In this document: positions 37,064 through 46,649 of the stretch, piece by piece
Layout of the letters: every line of letters starts with the position of its first letter
Numbering within the stretch: position 1 is the stretch's first letter
The notes under the pieces: generated by a model
The model's input: only the letters and a program-made list of their open reading frames with translations
What the model was told of the DNA's origin: nothing
The model's database searches: none
Translations under genes and position numbers: made by a program
From: Candidatus Kaiserbacteria bacterium
GTDB lineage: Bacteria; Patescibacteriota; Minisyncoccia; Phycocordibacterales; Phycocordibacteraceae
Reading direction: 5' to 3'
Assembly (NCBI GenBank): GCA_016182485.1
Contig: JACPGH010000006.1
Coordinates: 90,461-154,460 of the forward strand
DNA: 64,000 nt

Positions 37064-37762
37064 TTAAGCTGCGGCGGATTCGTCGGCGGTGGAGTTGATC
37101 CGGTAGCCGACGCCGCGTATCGTCTCGAGAAAATTCCCCCGCTTCTTGTTATTTATCTTCTTGCGTAAGTGGTTGATATGGACATCTACCACGTTGCTGA
37201 AAGAATCGAAATGAAAATCCCAAACGTTGAACAGAACGTCGTCCCGGGTCACGACCTTATTCGGATAACGCATTAGATATTCAAGGATCCCGAATTCCTT
37301 GAGCGTCAACTTGATCTCTTTTCCGTCGAGAAAGACCTTGCGCGACACGGGGTTCAGGACGATTCCTCCGCTGCGCAATTCTGTCGTGAGTTTCTCCTTC
37401 GGCCGGCGCATAAGCGTCCGGATGCGTGAGAGCAATTCCTTGAAATCGAACGGCTTGGTGAGGTAATCGTCGGCGCCGCTATCGAGCGCGGTCACTTTGT
37501 CGTCCACGTAGCTTTTTGCCGTCAGAACTAGAATCGGGACGGTGATGCCCTTGGCACGCACGCTCTTGCAGATCTCAAGCCCATCCTTTCCCGGGAGCAT
37601 GAGGTCGAGAATGACTAGATCGTAATCGGCGTGATATAGCTCGATCCGCTTCTCCCCCCCCACTCCGTCTGCGACCCAGTCGGCGGCGTAGCCTTCGCGC
37701 TCAAGGCCCGCTTTGAGCAAATTCGCTATCTGCGGCTCGTCTTCGATAAGAAGTAATTTCAT
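37064..37762 (-). CDS. OmpR/PhoB-family response regulator
   Basis: LLIEDE, ILDLMLP, GADDYLTKPF, NVVDVHI, TIRGVGY. Confidence 0.96.
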   Translation of the reverse strand: MKLLLIEDEPQIANLLKAGLEREGYAADWVADGVGGEKRIELYHADYDLVILDLMLPGKDGLEICKSVRAKGITVPILVLTAKSYVDDKVTALDSGADDYLTKPFDFKELLSRIRTLMRRPKEKLTTELRSGGIVLNPVSRKVFLDGKEIKLTLKEFGILEYLMRYPNKVVTRDDVLFNVWDFHFDSFSNVVDVHINHLRKKINNKKRGNFLETIRGVGYRINSTADESAAA

Positions 37763-37991
37763 AGTCTAGCTTTGATTATAATGCATCAAACTCACGCTAT
37801 CAACTGCTACATTAAAGCTTAATTAAGGACTCTTCATGTCCTTGATCTGGGGCCTGTCCTTAATCTCCATTTCATATGCGACCTGGTAGCGTGGCTTGTG
37901 TGCAGGCGTCAGTACTGTAGGTTTTTGTAGGTTCTCGGGCGACGTTTATTAGCCAGACGTAACGAATGGCTATGCGAGAGAACAAATAATT

Positions 37992-38038
37992 GGCCGGGGG
38001 GAATCGCACGGAAAAGCGATTCCCCCCGGCCGCTTTTT
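37992..38038 (+). terminator. Strong intrinsic terminator with no upstream + strand CDS
   Basis: GGCCGGGGGGAATCGC...GCGATTCCCCCCGGCC-GCTTTTT. Confidence 0.8.
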
Positions 38039-38068
38039 ATACACCTCCCGGCGGGCTATTATTTCCAG

Positions 38069-38884
38069 ATGACAAAGGATGAGCGGACGCTTCTCGAAGA
38101 GAAATACTGGGGAAAACGTTCTGCGGCATATGAGGAGGATCGCGAGCGGCTCGCCCTCGGCGAGCCGCTCGCGTACGTCATCGGCTGGCAGCCGTTCCTC
38201 GGATTGAAGATATACCTTGATTCCAAGCCGCTCATCCCCCGCCCGGAGACGGAATGGTGGACGGAGCTGGCGCTACACGAGGCACAGCGGCGTTCGTTCG
38301 AGGACGTGTCGCAGCGCGACGGCGCGAGACACAGCAAATTTTCAGCAGAAAATTATGCGCGTCCGAGAGCGGACGCCGCTGTGCCTCTCACATTCCTCGA
38401 TCTTTGCTCCGGCTCGGGAGCGATAGGCTGTGCCGCACTCGCACAGTTGCCGCAGGCTCGCGTCTTTTTCGGAGAGATCGACGAGGCACATCGCGACACG
38501 ATCCTGAAAAATATCCGCAAAAACGGCTTGGACCAATCGAGGGCCGATGTCCGTATCGGCGACTTGTTGGAACCGTTCGCCAGCCTGAAGTTCGATATCA
38601 TTGCCGCTAATCCGCCGTATATCCCGAGCGGACGCGCCCTATCGCCGAGCGTGTCCGCGCACGAACCTAAAGGGGCGCTCTACGCGGGAGGGGACGGCCT
38701 CGCTGTCATTCGCCGTATCGCCCGGGAACTTCCCCGATACCTCGCTCCCGGCGGCATGACGTGGATCGAGTGCGATTCGGAATATGCCGAAACTGCCGGC
38801 TCCTTGTTTGCGAGTCAGGGGTTGCAGTTTGAAATACGCACAGACCAGTACGGCCGCCCTCGCATTATCCGCGTGACTCTCTAA
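38069..38884 (+). CDS. prmC: Release factor glutamine methyltransferase
   Basis: GEPLAYVIG, LIPRPETE, DLCSGSGAIG, NPPY; ~30-aa insert before motif I. Confidence 0.94.
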   Translation: MTKDERTLLEEKYWGKRSAAYEEDRERLALGEPLAYVIGWQPFLGLKIYLDSKPLIPRPETEWWTELALHEAQRRSFEDVSQRDGARHSKFSAENYARPRADAAVPLTFLDLCSGSGAIGCAALAQLPQARVFFGEIDEAHRDTILKNIRKNGLDQSRADVRIGDLLEPFASLKFDIIAANPPYIPSGRALSPSVSAHEPKGALYAGGDGLAVIRRIARELPRYLAPGGMTWIECDSEYAETAGSLFASQGLQFEIRTDQYGRPRIIRVTL

Positions 38885-38887
38885 AAT

Positions 38888-40036
38888 CTATCTGTCGCCT
38901 GAGATAAAGAAAGAGCCGCTGGTTGTGGATGTATATACTGTTGGTTGCTTGCTAGCAGTTTTAAGTGAGCCGCCCGGTAGCAAATCAATTTTAAGATGAT
39001 ACGAGCCAGGTGGTATGCCAAAAAATGATACTGGCATTTGTACATCGCTTCCAGCCGCAGACATAGATATTCCGCCTCTGTCATACCCTCCTCGAACTTC
39101 GTCATAATATGGCCCATCTTCTTTTGTTGTCGGGGTCTTCTCTTCCGGAACGAGCGTGCTTCGCAGATCGTAGATATCAATCGGGGAAATAAGGACACTA
39201 ATTACAAGTTGTGTATTCCCTTCGTACGATTGCCCTGTTTTGATACCTGAAATACGGATGGTTGTTGTCGCAACGCGGACTGGAACCCGCGGCTGTATCT
39301 TTGCGTCGCAAAAATATGAGGTATCTAACGCTTGCGATGGGCTTACGTCCCCGCGCGCCTCCACTGCAAGACTCTCATGTGTTGCCGGATATCCCACGAC
39401 GCCGGTGCAGAAGAAATTACCTGAGATATCACATCGTTTAAGAAAGACTGCAAGTATCTGACCGTCGGGCGATACATGATATTGAGGTTTTTCACCGCAG
39501 GGAAGAGCTTTTACATTTCTCTGATACCAGCTTTGAAGCCATCTGTCATTCTCTAAATCGGTTTGAAAAGTTTGGAAGTTGAAGCGTGATCCAGCCGCCG
39601 TGTTAATAAACTGAACCAAGAAAAACTTCTGCTTGATGATACTGTTAGAGTCGCCATTGTCTGCAGAAAGCGCTCCCTGCACGTGCGTAGAGAGGAAATC
39701 TCTCTTATCTGCAGTATCCACCCACTCAGCTCGTAAATTCAGTAACGGATATATGCTCATGGCAGGAACAGCAATTACCAAAATTGCCTTCCCGAATGCA
39801 AGGCCTTGTTTTTTCCATCGGGCGAAATAAAAAGCGACGTAGAAAAGAAACGATAAGCCGCAAATTGCCATTCCGCCAATAGAAAAAGGCCCTAATACCC
39901 CTGCTACGATAAGACCTGTTGCCCAATTTGTTTGGGCCAGTAAGATTATTACAGTTGTGACTATCGAGATGCCTCCGGAGGCAAGAACGGCTGTCCTAAG
40001 GACCCTATAGACTTTAGGCAGTTGTTGGCGTGTCAT
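38888..40036 (-). CDS. Lower-GC hypothetical protein, three N-terminal TMs plus extracellular domain
   Basis: 382-aa ORF, visibly AT-richer than flanks; TACAAT six nt upstream. Confidence 0.75.
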   Translation of the reverse strand: MTRQQLPKVYRVLRTAVLASGGISIVTTVIILLAQTNWATGLIVAGVLGPFSIGGMAICGLSFLFYVAFYFARWKKQGLAFGKAILVIAVPAMSIYPLLNLRAEWVDTADKRDFLSTHVQGALSADNGDSNSIIKQKFFLVQFINTAAGSRFNFQTFQTDLENDRWLQSWYQRNVKALPCGEKPQYHVSPDGQILAVFLKRCDISGNFFCTGVVGYPATHESLAVEARGDVSPSQALDTSYFCDAKIQPRVPVRVATTTIRISGIKTGQSYEGNTQLVISVLISPIDIYDLRSTLVPEEKTPTTKEDGPYYDEVRGGYDRGGISMSAAGSDVQMPVSFFGIPPGSYHLKIDLLPGGSLKTASKQPTVYTSTTSGSFFISGDR

Positions 40037-40081
40037 GTGTAAATTGTATCAGGACAACGAGTGCGATTGTATACTGTTAAT

Positions 40082-40357
40082 ATGATTGACCAGCCTCTTA
40101 CGCCCTTCGCGCCTCCCGCCCTCTTCGCGGAGTGGAATGTGTCGGCCATTGCGGTCGGCCCGGCTATCGTGTGGGCGTTCGGGATAGTGGCGGCCTTCTG
40201 GGGGATATACACGCTCATCGCCATATACCACTGGCTCAAGTACTCGCATGCATCTTGGGTCGCAGTTCCCGCGATAGCCGCACATCTGGTGATATCATTT
40301 TCGCTCTTTACCTTCGCAGTTTCCGGAACGCTTCCCGCATTTATCCCGTTTATATGA
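40082..40357 (+). CDS. Small two-TM membrane protein
   Basis: YHWLKY motif between TMs; TATACT six nt upstream. Confidence 0.75.
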   Translation: MIDQPLTPFAPPALFAEWNVSAIAVGPAIVWAFGIVAAFWGIYTLIAIYHWLKYSHASWVAVPAIAAHLVISFSLFTFAVSGTLPAFIPFI

Positions 40358-40908
40358 AAGAATTCGAACTTGAACCGGGGGAGCACGTGGTGTGGGAAGC
40401 GCGGCGGCATTGGTTCCTGTTCCTCGCAGATCTGTTACCTTACGCCATCCTGGCGATCCTGCCTTTCGCCACTGCGAACGTTATTCCGTTCGTCCCGCCG
40501 CTCGCTCCGTATCAGAAATATTTCGACTATGCCGAGCCGCTCGAACGCGCCCTTCTCGGACTATGGTTCCTGATCGTTTGGACCAGCGCCTGGGGCAGGT
40601 TTACCAAATATTTCCTGAACGCTTGGGTCCTCACGAATCAACGCATCGTGAATATCAAGCAACGCGCTTATTTTAACCGAGAGGTTTCCTCGCTTTTTCT
40701 TTCGCGCGTCCAGGATGCGACGACCGAAGTTGCGGGCATACTGCCTTCTCTCCTTAATATCGGCAACATCAACGTGCAGACCGCCGGCGCTACCGAGAAA
40801 TTCGATATGCGCGGCATTCCCCGCCCCGAACAAATGCGCGATCTCATCCTCAAATACGTTCCTAGCGAGCGGCACAGCGGGCCTGACCAAATAAGCGCGT
40901 CTCGATAG
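40354..40908 (+). CDS. Membrane protein with bacterial PH (bPH_2) domain
   Basis: ATGA overlap; LEPGEHVVWEARRHW, LTNQRIV, RVQD, GNINVQTAG. Confidence 0.85.
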   Translation: MKEFELEPGEHVVWEARRHWFLFLADLLPYAILAILPFATANVIPFVPPLAPYQKYFDYAEPLERALLGLWFLIVWTSAWGRFTKYFLNAWVLTNQRIVNIKQRAYFNREVSSLFLSRVQDATTEVAGILPSLLNIGNINVQTAGATEKFDMRGIPRPEQMRDLILKYVPSERHSGPDQISASR

Positions 40909-40944
40909 TGCGCTGATTGGTTGGTGTAGTGATACAATAATGCC

Positions 40945-42201
40945 ATGGACGAGCCGCTTTCGACCGACTCATACAAGGGTGTGCGAGATTTTTACCCTGC
41001 CGATTGGGCGCGGCTTTCCGCTATTTTCGCGCGCATCCGCGAGACGCTTTCGCACTACGGCTACGAAGAATACAATGCCTCGCCCTTGGAACGCGCGGAA
41101 CTCTACGAATCGAAAACTTCGGAAGAGATCGTGAACGAGCAGACATACACGTTCATGGACCGCGGAGACCGGCGCGTAACTCTGCGGCCCGAGATGACGC
41201 CGACCTTGGCGCGCATGGTGGCGGCGAAGCGCCGCGAACTCGCCTTCCCTTTGCGGTGGTTCTCCATCCCGAATGTCTTCCGCTACGAGCGGCCCCAGCG
41301 GGGGCGTCTGCGCGAGCACTACCAGCTGAATGTGGACCTGCTAGGCGTGGCGGATTCTAAGGCCGATGGCGAAATAATCGTCATTGGCTGCGAGCTGCTG
41401 AAAGCGCTTGGCGCGGCCGATAAAGATTTCGTTATCCGCGTAAATTCGCGCGCACTGCTTGACAATGCCTGCGAGGCGGCAGGCGTAACTGCTAAGAAAC
41501 GGTATATGCATCTCTTAGACCGTAAAGCCAAGATGACTCCGGAGGAATATTCGGCCGCGCTCGCCGCAATAACCCAGCGCGATCCTCTTGAGCTCATTAA
41601 CGGCAATGCCGAACCTATCCGGGACGAAAAGAAGAAATTGGATGACTTCATCGCCGCTTTAGCGGCCAGCGGCATATCGAATGTGGTGTTCGATCCGCTC
41701 ATTGTGCGTGGCTTCGATTACTACACTGGCATTATCTTCGAATTCTTCGATACAAGTCCGGCGAATCCTCGATCCCTCTTCGGCGGCGGTCGTTATGACA
41801 ATTTGGTCGCTTTGTTCGGCGGCGAACCCGTACCCGCGGTCGGCTTCGGCATGGGAGACGTAACGCTTCTCGATTTTCTGACTACCCACAATCTCCCGAT
41901 TGATACGAGAGCGAGCCGCCCACAGCTCTATGTCGGAACACCGAACGTCAACGATCTCCCGGCGGCGCAAAAGTTTGCCGACTCGCTCAGGAAAGAAGGC
42001 TGCCGTATTTTCGTGAACCTTTCTGATCGTTCCCTCGGCGATCAAATAAAGGATGCGGTGAAGCGGAATATTCCTCTTTTCATCGCATACGGCTCAGACG
42101 AAGTCGCAAATCAGACTGTCCGCATGAAGATACTTGCCACAGGAGAAGAAATGGGACTGCCTGTTTCAGAACTTCCGAGCCATCTGCGTTCGGGCAGCTA
42201 A
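40945..42201 (+). CDS. hisS: Histidine-tRNA ligase
   Basis: KGVRDF, LRPEMT, FRYERPQRGRLREH, VRGFDYYTG, GGGRYD. Confidence 0.97.
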   Translation: MDEPLSTDSYKGVRDFYPADWARLSAIFARIRETLSHYGYEEYNASPLERAELYESKTSEEIVNEQTYTFMDRGDRRVTLRPEMTPTLARMVAAKRRELAFPLRWFSIPNVFRYERPQRGRLREHYQLNVDLLGVADSKADGEIIVIGCELLKALGAADKDFVIRVNSRALLDNACEAAGVTAKKRYMHLLDRKAKMTPEEYSAALAAITQRDPLELINGNAEPIRDEKKKLDDFIAALAASGISNVVFDPLIVRGFDYYTGIIFEFFDTSPANPRSLFGGGRYDNLVALFGGEPVPAVGFGMGDVTLLDFLTTHNLPIDTRASRPQLYVGTPNVNDLPAAQKFADSLRKEGCRIFVNLSDRSLGDQIKDAVKRNIPLFIAYGSDEVANQTVRMKILATGEEMGLPVSELPSHLRSGS

Positions 42202-42227
42202 CGCCTAGAGCCTAGCGCCTAATTCCT

Positions 42228-42809
42228 ATGAGATCCATCACCTTCGATATCGAGTCCGTCTCCAATTCCGCCGTTCGCGGGCATGTAGACTTGGCAGAAC
42301 AGGAACTCACGGTAGTCGCTATCCATGATTCGCTCACGGGCGAGTATTCTTCCTATTTCAGGGAAGACCTGCCGAAGCTCTGGCCGATCTTAGAGCGTAC
42401 CGACCTTCTTATTGGATTCAATTCAGACGCGTTCGATATTCCCCTCTTAAATCGTTATTACCCGGGCAATTTGATACACATTCGCTCGCTCGATCTCTTG
42501 TCCGAAGTACAGAAAACGCTTGGCCGGCGGCTCCGGCTCCAATCTCTGGCCGAGGCGACGCTCGGCCGGGGGAAAGCGGGCGACGGGCTCAAGGCCGGCG
42601 AGTGGTGGAAGGAGGGCCGGAAAAACGAGGTCGCGGCATACTGCATCGAGGACGTACGGCTGACCCGGGAGCTTTTCGACTATGCTCTCGAGCATGGCAG
42701 TCTCAAATATAAAGATTTGCGCGATATCCGCGACATCAAGCTCGACACCTCCGCTTGGATTACGGCAACGATAGAGATCCCCTCGCTCACGCACGCACTA
42801 CCGTTATGA
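42228..42809 (+). CDS. RNase H-like (YprB/DEDD-type) exonuclease domain protein
   Basis: FDIE, GFNSDAFDIP, YCIEDV. Confidence 0.88.
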   Translation: MRSITFDIESVSNSAVRGHVDLAEQELTVVAIHDSLTGEYSSYFREDLPKLWPILERTDLLIGFNSDAFDIPLLNRYYPGNLIHIRSLDLLSEVQKTLGRRLRLQSLAEATLGRGKAGDGLKAGEWWKEGRKNEVAAYCIEDVRLTRELFDYALEHGSLKYKDLRDIRDIKLDTSAWITATIEIPSLTHALPL

Positions 42810-43495
42810 AATCCTCATTCACGATACCCATCGCGATCATAGCGGGTGGGCTCATCGTGGCGGGGGCGGTGTATGTCTCGTCCTACCGGTCAAAAGTGAC
42901 GGGCGGAAATCCCGCGCTAGTGCGACCCGTAAGCGCGTCGGACCATATCTTCGGGAATCCGGCGGCTCGCGTCATGATCGTCGAATATTCGGACTTCGAC
43001 TGCATTCCCTGCAAGGAATTCGAGGTGATTTTGCGTCAAGTAGTCGCGAGCGAAGCGGCAAGCGGGAGCGTCGCGCTGGTATTCCGCCATTTTCCGCTCA
43101 CGGAGCTGCACCCCAACGCGCTTGCGCTCGCCAAAGCCGCGGAATGCGCAGGAGAAGCCGGCGGCAACGAGGCTTTCTGGCGCTTTGCCGACGCGCTCTT
43201 TGCGAATCAGCCGGTCTCTCCGTCTGGGCTAGGCGCTCTCGCGATGCAAGCTCGAATTCCTGGCAGCGGCGCGGATACTGATGGAAATACGTTCGCGACC
43301 TGTTACGCGAGCGAATCGGCATCCAAACCGCTCGTGGAGCGCATTATGAGAGACCGTCAAAATGCCCTGGACATGGGCGCGCAAGGCGCGCCGTACACGG
43401 TCATTTTGAGAAGCGGAATGGCTCCGATCGTCATGAACGGCGCCTACTCCTACTACGCCGTAAAAGAGCTCGTCAACCGCGCGCTCGGCAAGTGA
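42806..43495 (+). CDS. DsbA/thioredoxin-fold protein
   Basis: ATGA overlap; TM, DHIFGNPAA, EYSDFDCIPC, RHFPL. Confidence 0.92.
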   Translation: MKSSFTIPIAIIAGGLIVAGAVYVSSYRSKVTGGNPALVRPVSASDHIFGNPAARVMIVEYSDFDCIPCKEFEVILRQVVASEAASGSVALVFRHFPLTELHPNALALAKAAECAGEAGGNEAFWRFADALFANQPVSPSGLGALAMQARIPGSGADTDGNTFATCYASESASKPLVERIMRDRQNALDMGAQGAPYTVILRSGMAPIVMNGAYSYYAVKELVNRALGK

Positions 43496-43541
43496 AAACC
43501 CTGACACTAAGCCACGGATCCGGGAGTCGACTCCGGAAAGA

Positions 43542-43570
43542 TTGACAAAAATCAAGCGCTGTGCTAGCGT
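43542..43570 (+). promoter_or_regulatory. Sigma70 promoter
   Basis: TTGACA-17 nt-TAGCGT with TG extension. Confidence 0.65.
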
Positions 43571-44042
43571 ACACCTAGATTGTACTTAATAAGGAGGTCT
43601 TTAAGCCTCGGCCAACGGAGGCTAGCGTTTAGGCGCTGGCAATAGTTGGCCAACGAGAAGTAGCTTCCGGAGCAAATGCCCCACCTAACCGTGACTGATC
43701 GAAGCAGCTTGCTTTCTGAGCGGCGAGAGAAATCGTCTTCTGCCAGGACAGTATTTGCCAGAAGATGAGCCTACGCCCCGAGGGAAGGCCAGTATGGGCT
43801 GCGAACTGAAAGTCATTCGGGCATCCTCATGAAGCGACAGAGTTTCTCGTACAGGCTCGGGATGTGCTGAGAAGAGCCGGGATAGCGGAGGCCATCGATG
43901 TCTGATGGTAATAAGCGTCCCTCGTATTGGGTGAGTTCGATCCGGCGACCTCAACGTGGTGGAGAACATCGCCATTCGCCGGGGTAGAATACTGCCCGAA
44001 ACGTAGAAAGCTCGGCCTGCAGAAGGCCCTCGGCAAAATCGG

Positions 44043-44075
44043 AAGGGCCCTCGACATCGTCGAGGGCCCTTTTTC
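44043..44075 (+). terminator. Intrinsic terminator
   Basis: GGGCCCTCGAC-ATC-GTCGAGGGCCC-TTTTT. Confidence 0.85.
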
Positions 44076-44201
44076 ATTCCTCTGCCAACTCAAAGCCTGT
44101 GGTTAGGAAATTCACATTAACCGTGATAGAAATAAAGCGGATGTGCTCGCAAGTCGAACAGTTCGACTTGCGAATTAAATCATGCCACAGCGGAGGACCG
44201 A

Positions 44202-44783
44202 GTGAACAAGCGGATCGCGGTGCTCGTATCCGGTACTGGCTCACTACTCGATGCGATGATCAAGGACGGTCTCCCGATCGACCTGGTCGTGGCTGATCGC
44301 CCCTGCCGCGGGATCGACGTGGTGACGCTAAGCGCCCAGCCGGCGATACCTGCAGCTGTTCTCTACCGCGCTAGCTACGGAAAGGGGCTAGCCTTCAAGC
44401 GGGAACTCTACACGGCCTGGCTCACGGACTTCCTGGAGCGGTTTGGCATCGACATCGTGGTGATGGCGGGCTTCATGACCGTGCTGTCCCCAATGATCTT
44501 CGAGCCAAGGCACTATGGTGGACGGATCTTGAACAGCCACCCGTCCCTGTTGCCGTTGTTCAAGGGAGATCGCGCGGTTCGAGACGCACTCGCTTCCGGC
44601 GTGCAGATCACCGGGACCACGATCCATGTCGCGACACCCGAAGTTGACAGCGGTCCCATTCTCGCTCAGGAGGAGGTGCCCATCCTCGATGGAGATACCG
44701 AGGGAACGCTCCATGAGCGTATCAAGCAGGTGGAGCGGGTCCTGTACCCCAAGACCATCCGCGCCTTCGCAGCTCACCTGTAA
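44202..44783 (+). CDS. purN: Phosphoribosylglycinamide formyltransferase
   Basis: IAVLVSGTGS, MAGFMTVL, LNSHPSLLP, GTTIH, VDSGPILAQ; GGAGG SD + GTG. Confidence 0.9.
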   Translation: MNKRIAVLVSGTGSLLDAMIKDGLPIDLVVADRPCRGIDVVTLSAQPAIPAAVLYRASYGKGLAFKRELYTAWLTDFLERFGIDIVVMAGFMTVLSPMIFEPRHYGGRILNSHPSLLPLFKGDRAVRDALASGVQITGTTIHVATPEVDSGPILAQEEVPILDGDTEGTLHERIKQVERVLYPKTIRAFAAHL

Positions 44784-44798
44784 CCGCCAAGAGGAAAC

Positions 44799-44969
44799 AT
44801 GAGTTCTCCACAGACGGGACTCGAGGGCGAGATCTGCTCGGACTGTCACGACAAGGGATTCGTCTGGACAGGGCCTAGGAATGACCCCAAGAACCGGATT
44901 CCCTGTGATTCCAGCGGCTGTCCCTTCCGCAAGTCGCTTCAGGAGTTGCAGGACCTTCGGCCGCGATAA
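44799..44969 (+). CDS. 56-aa putative zinc-binding protein (absent from ORF track)
   Basis: GAGG SD; MSSPQTGLEGEICSDCHDKGFVW...IPCDSSGCPF; followed by terminator 44971-45028. Confidence 0.6.
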   Translation: MSSPQTGLEGEICSDCHDKGFVWTGPRNDPKNRIPCDSSGCPFRKSLQELQDLRPR

Positions 44970-45157
44970 CAAGGCCATCCTCGAGAGACGGAGAAAGTGG
45001 CCGTCTCTCGGGACGGCCTTTCTTTTTTACATATCCAGGCAAATCAACAGCGAGCCTTATCTCAGTATTTTTGCGAAATACTACATTAATAATATGAAGT
45101 AGTTATAGCCGTATGTTCCTTAATAGTAACGGTCGTATGTATTATGGAACACCTTGA

Positions 45158-45982
45158 TCATTCTTTCATTTCTTCTATCAAACCGAGTCGATAAATATCG
45201 AACGAGTGGTCGCCCTCGAACATGTCGGAGGGGTTCGGCAGCCAGATACGCCGGCGGGAGATCTCGGCGGTAGCATCCTCGATAAGCCGGCGGAAGACTA
45301 CGAAGTCGCGCTCGAGCGTCTGATAATCGAGCACGTAGCGTTTGAGCTGAGCGGACCCGTCGGCGTTCCTCGTTTTCTTGCATTCATAGACGATGAACCG
45401 CCGCACCGGCTTCTCAAAGAGCTTCCCGACCGTGTAGTAATTGAATAGCGCCTGAAGGACGAAAAGCGTTTTGGCCGAGCCGCCTTTGCTGAACGCAGTG
45501 ACGAACTTGTGATCCACTATATCCACCGCGCCCGATTCTGCTCGCGACGCCACCACAAGATCGGAGACGGCCTTCAAGGGCAGTGCCAATCCCTCCACTT
45601 CTACTACTCCCTTCACTTCCACCCCGAGAATTTTATGCCGCGGCGGCCGCGCAAGATAAAACGAGACCGCCTGCGCATATTCCCGCTCCATCGCCGCTCG
45701 CTTCTCTTTCTTCGCCTTGCGCGACTTCAACTTGCCAAAATCGAGCTCGAAATCCGCAATGTTCCGAAGGTACGCGAGCCCTTTAGCGGTGGCCGCCTCC
45801 TTGGAATCTCCACGGTAGAAATTCTCGAGAGCCAAGTGCCCGGCGCGGCCGACTACCGACGCTGGCGATGTCGGCGTATCATAAACTTCTTCGACATACC
45901 GCTTGTACCAAGCTAAGGGATTACGCAAGAACGCGACGAGGGACGAATGGCTCCAATGCTTGATCGGCGGCTTCCTCCCCAT
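45158..45982 (-). CDS. PD-(D/E)XK nuclease (RecB/Cas4-like)
   Basis: WSHSSL, GRAGHLALE, E...DL...IVDHK, QxxxY. Confidence 0.85.
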   Translation of the reverse strand: MGRKPPIKHWSHSSLVAFLRNPLAWYKRYVEEVYDTPTSPASVVGRAGHLALENFYRGDSKEAATAKGLAYLRNIADFELDFGKLKSRKAKKEKRAAMEREYAQAVSFYLARPPRHKILGVEVKGVVEVEGLALPLKAVSDLVVASRAESGAVDIVDHKFVTAFSKGGSAKTLFVLQALFNYYTVGKLFEKPVRRFIVYECKKTRNADGSAQLKRYVLDYQTLERDFVVFRRLIEDATAEISRRRIWLPNPSDMFEGDHSFDIYRLGLIEEMKE

Positions 45983-46042
45983 TACCGCTATATTACGCTA
46001 TCCCGCAAGGGAATTCGCTAAATCTTCATTATGATTTCAGAG

Positions 46043-46108
46043 TGTGAAGGTCTGACCTTCACAGAATGAGTTGGGGATAACATAGCTTGTGAAGGTCAGA
46101 CCTTCACA
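46043..46108. repeat. REP-like palindrome doublet 2
   Basis: Cores at 46044-46062 and 46089-46107 (second inverted, loop A). Confidence 0.95.
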
Positions 46109-46216
46109 GCGGCTACTCCTCCGCCTCGTAGAAGGCGAGCGGGAGGGTTGCTGGACAAAATTGAATGAAGTGATATATTGGGCACAGATTCGCACATCAA
46201 CCTCAAGGAGAGAAGG

Positions 46217-46582
46217 GTGTCCAAAAAAATTCTGTTGGCCGAAGACGAGCCGGACGTGCGCGACGTAGTGGTCGAACTCCTCGAAGCTGAGGGGTACGAG
46301 GTCGTCGCCGTGGGAAACGGCTTCGAACTTCTCGATCGGCTCGCCGTCGAACGTTTCGATCTGGTGGTGACAGACAACGACATGCCGCGCATGAGCGGCC
46401 TCGCGGCGCTCGAACAGATCCGAGAGGACGAAGTCCTTCGAGACCTGCCGGTCATCGTGTACACGACTCCTCGAGGAGAACTGGTGTGGGAGCATGTCGC
46501 GATGCTCAACGGCGTGCTTGTCGAGAAGGGCTCTCACGGGAATCTTCTCGAGATCGTCGCGACGCTCCTGTTGTCGAAATGA
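46217..46582 (+). CDS. Stand-alone response regulator receiver domain
   Basis: ILLAEDE, VVTDNDMP, PVIVYT, K; TGGACA-16-TATATT promoter, AAGGAG SD, hairpin 46592-46623. Confidence 0.9.
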   Translation: MSKKILLAEDEPDVRDVVVELLEAEGYEVVAVGNGFELLDRLAVERFDLVVTDNDMPRMSGLAALEQIREDEVLRDLPVIVYTTPRGELVWEHVAMLNGVLVEKGSHGNLLEIVATLLLSK

Positions 46583-46649
46583 TGGAAGTTAGCAGGCCCG
46601 GGCGGATTACCGCCCGGGCCTGCATTGCTTTACGCAATTGTTGTTTGCA

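Noticed and set aside
38888-40036. Genomic island at the lower-GC gene
   Set aside because: Single gene with no flanking repeats or mobility genes; listed only as a CDS
43685-43720. ZTP riboswitch upstream of purN (GTGACTG)
   Set aside because: Lacks GACTGGCG and the 3' CGCCTGGG element, and a terminator separates it from purN
46043-46108. TGTGA...TCACA as CRP, Rex or parS sites
   Set aside because: Spacing is N11 with an invariant interior, not CRP N6 or Rex N4, and it does not match the parS consensus TGTTTCACGTGAAACA
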